Below, piece after piece: positions 39,867 through 49,046 of a stretch of DNA of 64,000 nucleotides. Both the position numbers and the translations under genes were made by a program. The notes beneath the pieces are model-generated. The model was not told the DNA's origin. It did not search any database and worked only from the letters and a program-made list of their open reading frames with translations. Source of the DNA: Paragordius varius. Lineage: Eukaryota > Animalia > Nematomorpha. The DNA lies in contig OZ176053.1 of assembly GCA_964247055.1 (NCBI GenBank), positions 8,804,001 through 8,868,000 of the forward strand. The letters run 5' to 3'. Numbering within the stretch: the stretch's first letter is position 1; each line of letters starts with the position of its first letter.

Positions 39867-40113
39867 TATTATATATAGCTATATACAACATATACTCTTT
39901 TTTTTCATATTTTATATAGGAAATAAAATAATTCACATGTGACAAATACTTTTACCTATTCACATATGCAAAGATATCGAGACATAAATTATATTTATTA
40001 ATTTTCTATCCTTTTTATCTAAGCCTTTTTTTGTTAATAAGTGTCAATAAATTTTCTATATTGGTATTATTTTATATATCACATATAATATATATATCTT
40101 GTAATAATAATTG

Positions 40114-40115
<2 letters not shown>

Positions 40116-40148
<33 letters not shown>
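40116..40148. repeat. (TA)n microsatellite between convergent 3' ends
   Basis: About 16 TA units, 32 bp past the ITFG1 stop codon. Confidence 0.9.
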
Positions 40149-40152
<4 letters not shown>

Positions 40153-40179
40153 TTAAACCAAATCGTAAAAACATCAAAA

Positions 40180-43100
40180 TTACAGGGCATCAAAATGAAA
40201 TTGGTGAATGTTGTGCAATTTTTCCGTAAAATCTTCTCTCTAAAAATATGTACATAGTTTATAAATTACAAAGTTATATAAAAATATTTAAACTAATCAA
40301 AAAGGAAACCTTTTCCTTCCAATGCAATATAAAAATGACTGCGGCTAAAAACAAACAGGTTGCAATGAGGGTAACGCCAATCTTTAGCAAGAAATAGCTG
40401 GGTGTTAGTAGTAAAATATGTTGCCATCTAAACATAATAAATGAGGTTTGTTTAAATATAAGATTTATTTATAACACCAAAATATAGGGTAAAAATGTCC
40501 TATCTTATTGCCACCCATGAAAATGCGCTAAGGGCAAAGGCCAATTTCCTGAAGATTTGCGAAATCAGTAATTGTACACAAAGGCGAATGTTATGTAAAA
40601 AATCGCCTCAATTGACTAAGAAATGCGAAAAGAGGAAATTATGCAATGGTTAAAAAATTCCAGCTGTAGTCATGCCAAAAAAAATTATTTTCATTAAACA
40701 AAAGTTCAATTGACCCTTAGAATAACGAATATGGTTAAAATAATCGTTTAAGCAAAAAAGCATAAAAAATTTGATAAAGATGACATTTTCCGCCAAAAAA
40801 TTTGTGAATTCCAATTAAAAATGTATACTTTGTTGGTTCGTCCAGTGGATAAGGTATTATAATCATTTGGCTATTTGGTATGATTGAGGCCCAATTATGA
40901 TATCGCGGTTTCTAAAATATATATATGTTATAGTAAAACATTTCAGGCGATGTAATTTCACATTGGGTAAAATAATCATACTTTTGTAATTGGATGAGCG
41001 AATCCAACTTCAAGCTTATCAATAAAATTGGGTCGCCTTCCCAGGCCGAATATAACATAGGGAAGATTCAATGAAAAGTGACTAGTTTGCATCATTTGAC
41101 AACCTTTGTGTAATTATATATCATAACAATATTAGGTAGATAAATGAGTCACAAAAACACCTTTTCAAAAATCTATATTTTAATACATAATGTTTGTATA
41201 TATTTTTGCCATTATAACGATTATTATTTTGATGTATGATTGTATAATTTTGCCTCTTCTAATGAAATACAAAGATCGCACAAAATACACCACAAAAAGA
41301 TAAAAACAAGTCTAAACAAAAAATGTGGATATTAATGTATAGACCATATAAGTATATAGTTATAATTTAAAGATCAAGAATTCAATACATATACTAAAAA
41401 AAATTGAGTCTACGAATAAAAATATACTTATGGCTTGAGTAGGCGCATCTTTGGAATATGTCGTTTTGTATTTGAACACAGCCCCCGGTGGTATTATACC
41501 ATAAGGCTAAAAATATAATTAACGATGAAGTGAATTACTGATTGAAAGAATAAATTAATATGTTAAATAATGCTACCTTTGAATGTAGTTTGCAATCCAT
41601 CCAACAACGCCCATTTAAAGCTGAAATATATTAACTTATATTAAAATACATAATTAAGTTATTCAAGTGGCCAATAATATCCGCTATTCATCAAATTTAT
41701 AATTTAGGAAGCAAAATTAAATGGTCATATTAACAGGAAACCATATTGTGATAAGGTAATGTCAAATTAAATCCTTAACCAAAAGATACCTCGGTTTACA
41801 AATATTATAAGACATGTAACTTAAAAAAGGGCAGTAAAATTGAAATTTTACAGGGAAAACGTAAAAATTAAAATTCACATCTTTTTTCTGTAGGACAACC
41901 ATATTTTTTAGATCGTGAATTTTTAATTGTATTCCATCGTTTAAGGTCACAAAATAAGCATTATGTTAGTCAAAACACTTTACGAATGTAGTTATATAGT
42001 TTATGTAAAAAATATGAAGGTTTGGTTGTTTTTTAGAAAAAACATGTTCCTCTGAATAATGAAATTTTACTGCATATCTATAATGAATGAAATTATATCA
42101 AATAAAATGATATAACCCCAACCTCAAACTCTTTTAAAATTTGCATCCAATTAAATATTATAATCTAATAAGCATAAAGATGAATATTAAAAATTTAAAA
42201 GTTATAATCCCAAACCTAAAACTTTGACAAAGCTAGCATCCAATTCCATATCATTTCGGAAGGCTTGTATGCGATGTTGAGGTTCCCGTCCATATTCATG
42301 GTGCATATTTTCATCTGTAACAACGAAAATGTCCAAAAGACCATCGTTGTATATGTCAAAGAAGCTGGCCAAAACGGCATTTTGAATAATGGGCAACTAT
42401 GAATATAATAATATAAATTAGAGCTTAATTAGCAAAGTTTTAATAGAGACTAGTTAAGTCAAATAGCAACGTATTTTGACTAATAATTTTTTAACAAAAT
42501 ATAATTTAATCAATTTTATAATTAAAGTAACCACATATAATTTAAAACACGTCATAATATAGAAATGAAAGGTAATAATAAATCATAAATTATTTTTAGT
42601 AAAAAGCCGTCAATTAAGAATCCACAGAAAATAAAAAAATGCTATTTCCCATATTTAGCACATTTATATATATATATATACATAAAGGTTTGATATGCTA
42701 ATTAAACAAACATTTAAAGGCGATATGGTTGCTGGTGTTATTGGACTGGTATTGGGGGCGACATTTGCTTTTTGATTAACAAATATGGGTTTGTCAAATG
42801 GATCAAGTAGTATAAGTTTGCGATCATAACTGGTACAACGAAGGGGATCAGTAAGAACCCAATCCATGTCATTTAGGACAGAATTTCCACACGGTATATT
42901 CTGCAGAATAATTGGGGTCCTAATTATTTTTCTATAAACAAAATAATATATATGACTTATAAAATATTGGTTGGATAAAACCTCCATAAAAAGTAAAAGC
43001 AAAATTAACGATATATAAACCCTTTAGTCACAAGTAATTAAATACTTTTTTATTATTACTGATCATTTATTACGTAATTAACTTGGGAAGTTCACATACC

Positions 43101-46100
43101 AGTTTGGTATGGATTACGATAAAAACAATCGGTATTATATGAAATTGATGTAACTCAAATATAATTTTTTAACGGAAAATTTCGTCTTTCATATCCGAAA
43201 AAAAGATACTTTTTATGAGGTTTTGGTCCATTATAATTGGCTTGCACCACATCATTATCAAATACATTTTCCTCATCCACAATCAAAGTTGCTACGATTA
43301 AGATATCAGGATAACCATCAAAATTGAAATCACCCACACTCATACGGGGTGGAATAAACTGAACATATGTGTTGTCCGTATAATTCTTTATTTTTGACCC
43401 TTGTTGCGTTGTAATAGTGTAATTAAAATCAATCATGAAGTTTGGTCGTTGAATAGCATTGCGGTTTTTGGGGACAGTTTTATTGGCTGATATCCAAGTG
43501 GATCGATAAAGTGCTTCCCAGTAATCTATTATCATCAGAAATTTAAATTTATTGGTAATTACAGGTTAAATAAAATATTGTTATAAAACTAATTCATTAC
43601 TAATATGATGACTATGATAAAAAACCAAACATTCATAAGTGTGTAGGTCTATATATATATATATAATTAAAAAGTTTTATTATTACCATAAACCAACCAT
43701 TATAAAAATAAAGAATAAATATAAAAGCAGTTAATTAAATATTTATAATTAAAATTATGTATCCCTTGGTTACATTCTTTTTTTGATTAACAAAAAAATC
43801 TCATCAAATATAAGCAGGTTGTTTCATATCACAATGTTTACCTTTATCATTTTTATTATTGACTGGCGTCCATATAAGTATGGCCCACTCAGGGCATAAA
43901 TGATCTTTTTGGCTATCATAAAATTTGTCCTTATCAGGCATTTGATTTGAATTTTTCGGCAAATTGCTTGGTGAAGAAAACATCAAATCAGGGAAATTGG
44001 TTAAATTTGTCGAACAAATCAAAATGAGGTGCTTAAGTTGACCAGATGCTGTAAAATCGGTCAATACAGAATGTGACATAACATGTATATCATATTGCTT
44101 CATAATATATCCATAAGTGTCCCAAAAAACTTGACTAGTATATACACTGTCACGTGAGTATCTCCCATTCTATATATGTTTGTATATATATATACCAGGG
44201 CTTCTTAAACATTTGTAATTCCCGACCCCATTTATCATTGTGAGTTTATTAACGACCCCAACAAAAACAAAAATAAATTAATATTTTTTGATGATATATT
44301 TATTAGGTAACAATGTACATATGCATATAAAATATAAAAAATTAGAATTCGTTTTGAAACATATAAAAATCTAAATGAAATTTACATAAAATGTTAAAAT
44401 GTTTTTATTATAGTTCCAAAAACAAAATTGGATTCTGACCGTCTTAATTCTCTCGAACCAAGTAGTTGCGTATTAAATATTAAATTAAAGTTTACGTTAA
44501 AAATTTAAGGAGATGGATGTGCCTGTTTTTTGTTGCATAAAAAATCAAATCTAGGTCTAATGTTTGAAATAGCTGGACTTAAGACCTCTTTATCATTTTA
44601 TATCGTTGAACGATATTGGGAGTTAATGTGTGTTAAAGCTGAGAAAGTAACTTAACATAAATATGTGATGTTGAATGGTAGAAGTACATTTAACGCCATA
44701 TCGGCGATTGTGAGAAACTCAGTTCTAGTTTCGATCCAGAATTCAGTCAAGGACTTTTTTGGAATTGTAGTAAGTTTAAGTCAAACGAAAGCTCAGCAAA
44801 ATCCTCTCGAATTTTAAGTGGCAGATGATCAGTCTCACTTAAGCCAAACCAAAACGGCTTTTGAATCCAAATATTTTTCGAAATCATATTTAATAAAAAA
44901 TATGTCCGGAACCGTATTTCTAGTGCTTTTAAGTGCAATAGTTTTTGCAATAAAAGTTTTTTAATGAATTTTCTCAAATACATTGACACTGGAAAACATT
45001 TCAAATGAATTTTTTCGACCCTATTTATTCAAACATTGATCTTTTTAATAAAACTTTCAATTTTATTGTTTGAAGATCGCTTTTCCTTAAAGAGACAAGT
45101 TAGGATCGTTTAACTTCGCAAAAATATCTGACAAATAACACAGCTTGGATAGCCACGAGTCATTTAAAAAAACAGAAAATTCACATTTTCGATCAGTAAA
45201 AATATTTCGATCTCGTTTAATAACAATAACCTTAAACATTGACCTCTTGACAACCATCTTTTGCATGCAATAACAAAGTTGTGTATTTGGAATCTGTATC
45301 CTTACAGATATTTGAAAATAAGCGGTTAAGCATGGCTCTTAATAAAATTTATGACCTTAACAGCATCCTGAAGCACATCGTTCGATTCTGGTGCTAATTT
45401 TTTTGCTGCAAGAGCCTCTCGGAGATAAAAACAAGGAGTAAAAGTTATATAATCAATCTGAGCAGCTTGAAAAAATGATTTAAAACCAATATTTTTGCCC
45501 GTCATCGCTATTGTACCATCTGTGCATATTCTACAGCAATTTTTCCATTCTAAACCTTCTGCTTTTAAAAATTCGTCAACTTTACGATATATATCTTTCC
45601 TTGTATGGTGGTAGATCCAACAATATACGAGTAAATGGGATTTTTTTTAAACTGACAAATCGGAAATAACATGTACTTCTTTCACAATCATACAATGGCT
45701 AAATGAAAATAACACTAAATGTATATATAGTTTCTTCGAAATAACACTTAGAAATTTTGTTGATAATATTTAATGTGCTTCAGGATGCTGTTGAGGTCAT
45801 AAATTTTTTAAGAGCCATGCCTTTAACAGTCGCTTATTTTAAAATCTATGTAAGGATACAAGATTCCAGCTACACAACTTTGTTATTACATTCAGAAGTA
45901 AGATGGTTGTCAAGAGGTCAAAGTTTAAAAAGATTATTGTTATTAAAGGACGAGATCGAAATATTTTTAACTAATGTAAATGTGAATATGCTGCTTTTTA
46001 TAAAATGACTTGTGGCTATCCAAACTAAGTCTTTTGTCAGATATTTTTGCGAAGTTAAACGATCAATTTGTCTCTTCAAGGAAAAAATTGCGATATATTA

Positions 46101-48981
46101 ACTTCAAACGATAAAATTGAAAGTTTTATTGAAAAAATCAGCATTTGGAAAAGTAGGGTCGAAAAAAATTCGTTCGAAATGTTTTCCAGCGTCGACAATT
46201 TTGTAATTGAGAAAATTTATTGTGCAACTTTTATTGCAAAAACTAATGTAGACCCCTTAAAAGCGCTAGAAATACAGTTCCGGACATTTTTATATAAATA
46301 TTGATTCACAAAAAATAGTTTGGATTCAAAAGCCGTTTTGGATTGGCTTAAGTGAGATTGTTCACCTGTCATTTTAAAGCTTAAGAGGAACTTGTGAGCT
46401 TTCGTGTGACTCAAACTTAAAACTATAATTCTCAAAAAAGCCCTTGACTAAATTTTGGATTCGGTACTAGAACATTTCCCACAATCGCTTTTATGGCGTT
46501 AAATGTACTTCTGCCAAAAAACACCACATATTTATGTGAAATTACTTTCTCAGCTTTAACACACATCCCAATATCGTTCAGCGATAAAAAATGGAAGAGG
46601 TCTTACGTCCAGCAGTTTTAAACATTACACCAAGATTTAATTTGTTATGCAATAAAAAAACAGGCATATCCATCTCATTAAATTTTTAACGTAAACTGTA
46701 ATTTAATATTTATCACGCAACTACTTGGATATATTCAAAAGAATTAAGACCGTCAGAATCCAATTTTGTTTTTGAAACTATAATAAACATTTCTATAATA
46801 TTTTGTGCAAATTTCAATAGATTTTTTTATATTTCAAAGCGAATTCTAATTATATTTTATATGCATATGTATATTGTTACCTAATAAATTTATCATAAAT
46901 AAATTTATTTTTCTTTTATATTTGTTGCGTTAAGAAATGCGCAATCTCAAATGGGGTCGGGAATTACGAAAGTTTAAGAAGTCCTGGTCTATATATAAAA
47001 TATATATCAATAACCCTGAAAAACATTTTAATTTCACCGTAAAAATATAATATGTTTTAAAATCAAAATTATCTCTATTTTTGATATTAACATAACATAG
47101 AGCAGTAAGGAAATATTTCTTTTTATCAAGTCCAAAAAAAATTATTTTTAAATTAAATTTAAAATGTTCAAGGGTTACAAGTATAAATTCGAAGTATTCA
47201 TGGGTGATTTGATGTGTAAATGGTACATATGCTAACTATTTAGATAATTTTACTGAATATTAAAACTCTTTAGATTCAAATCATTAAAAATTTTCTTACA
47301 TATAATAACTAATATATCATATCATAAGTATTTTATTAATTACCCTGTCAACCCAATTATAAAATTCCGATATTATAAAAAAATAAATAAGTTTCAAACT
47401 AAAAAATAATTTTCGAAATATTTTAGCAGGATTCATTACAAATTCACAATAACAATAATAATAAGTTCTACCTTATTTATCCAATTTTCAAATTGTTGAA
47501 TTCCAGGTTTGTTTGCGTTTGATGTAATAAAAATATCTATTCAATTAATATGATAAATAATGTTTTACCTGGTATAAGATCACTATTAATGTCTGCGAAA
47601 GAATGGGAATCAGGATTTGCGAATCCTGACAATTCTTCAGTTGTTACATCGATTTGATGAAAGGTGCGCTTTGTGCTATAAATATTTTTTTACCGTTAAT
47701 AAATGTTGCAATTTTATATATAAATATTTTAGTTCAATTCAACTTTTTTTGTTTGTAACAGGTAATAGTTTCAAAAAATTTCGTACTAATTAACACAAAT
47801 TCATAAAAATTCATATATTAGTCGATTGAACGGATGAAAAAAGAAAAATGTATAAGACAATATTTTTAACATTGTAACTTAACGACGAACAAATATTTAA
47901 ATAAAATCCATGAATACCTCGCTATCCAATATTGACGTTGACCATTACTTGATTCCACACATAAATCGGGTATCATATCACCATTGTAACTAAAATTATA
48001 AACAAGCCAGTTATTGATCCTTGTAAAAAAAGTTTATAAATTAATATTCATAATTTTCACCAATTGTTTGATTCCAAAATATATAACACTTTTGGTTAAG
48101 CCTATTTATTTTATTCTTATTTAACTGGCTTTTGACAAATTCCAAATTTTATATACAAATGTGGAACGTATTTATTTTTTTATGTATTTTAATTAATGAA
48201 CTGCAAGTTTTCGATGACGCCCCTGAAATATAAATATTTACTATTTGTTAAAATATTGCAAATCTAAGCAAAACAAAGGCGCAACCGTATAAAATGATTT
48301 AAAGTGAAATTTGTTATGAAAATAAAAAAATAAATCAAAGGATAGATTTTAATGAAAACGGCTTGATATTGCTTATTATTCGAATGTAAAAGCATTTTAA
48401 TTTGTAAAAAATTATATAATAATAATACGATACCTTAAATTTAGTTGTTATGAAAAAATATTTACAAATATTTAGTAAAAATAACTCAAAAATCAAGGGG
48501 GAACCAAAAAACTGCGAGGTAATTATTGTTCTATTTGTGTTATCAAATCCAAGCTTACTGTTCCAATAAATAATTAAGTTTTGTTTATAATTTTCCGAGA
48601 CGACGAGTAAAACGTCAAGTATTGAATCACCATCAAAATCGGCCGGTATTGCATTATTTATTATTTGTGAGTCACTTTTAACTTTATAAAAAATTATACT
48701 TTAAAGCTATCAAATAATTTTTTGGAAATACCGAAAACCTTTTATTTTCATTCATATACACTTTAAGTTGTTTGCCTATATATAATTTAAAAAAAGGTAC
48801 CATTATTTCCCAATATAAAAAGATCAACATTTTTATCGGAATTTAAATCACCGTATGCGATAATTCTACCATCGTTATTGAGTGGAAACAAAGAATCGGT
48901 AATATTTGTGTAAACATTTATACAAACCCCTATAAGCAATTTTGAAATTATAATTTGTAGGTATAATACGGTAGCATGCAT
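40180..48981 (-). CDS. ITFG1: T-cell immunomodulatory protein / LINKIN (FG-GAP repeat single-pass membrane protein), 16 exons, ~741 aa
   Basis: Exons 48981-48801, 48775-48739, 48698-48486, 47989-47918, 47675-47569, 47536-47472, 44169-43842, 43525-43210, 42931-42712, 42396-42216, 41620-41577, 41506-41428, 41103-40982, 40911-40829, 40427-40310, 40239-40180; phases sum correctly. Motifs: AYGDLNSDKNVDLF, PADFDGDSILDVLL, DYNGDMIPD, GDFNFDGYPD, FFDIYNDGLLD, LPYVIFGLGRRPNFID, WASIIPNSQMIIIPYP, TM helix, LHWKEK..FHFDAL*. The exon 2/3 boundary is tentative. Confidence 0.93.
44196..45640 (-). mobile_element. Decayed hAT (Buster/Charlie, ZBED5-like) transposon, 3' part, copy A
   Basis: Minus-strand translation EWKNCCRICTDG..AMTGKNIGFK..PCFYLREALAAKKL..VLQDAVKVINFIK..RWLSRG with frameshifts and stops; terminus CAGGGCTTCTTAAAC at 44196. 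Confidence 0.85.
45774..46986 (+). mobile_element. Decayed hAT (Buster/Charlie) transposon, 3' part, copy B (inverted relative to copy A)
   Basis: VLQDAVEVINFL..TTLLLHSEVRWLSRGQSLKRL..LSLQGKN..DKIESFIEKISIWK; terminus GTTTAAGAAGTCCTG at 46986. Confidence 0.85.
48776..48800 (-). other. 25-nt GT-AG intron 1 of ITFG1
   Basis: gtacctttttttaaattatatatag contains the in-frame stop of the track ORF; splicing gives GNN-G-KQLKVYMNE. Confidence 0.7.
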
Positions 48982-49046
48982 TTAAACATAATAATAATCA
49001 GCAGCTAAAAGTCTTACATTCATTTTTCCTTTCTTTCCTTTGAAAA
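48982..49046. promoter_or_regulatory. Putative compact bidirectional promoter / 5' UTR region shared by ITFG1 and GABPA
   Basis: Only 65 bp separate the divergent inferred start codons. It contains Inr-like TCATTT (49020-49025) and a pyrimidine tract. Function is inferred from position only. Confidence 0.55.
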
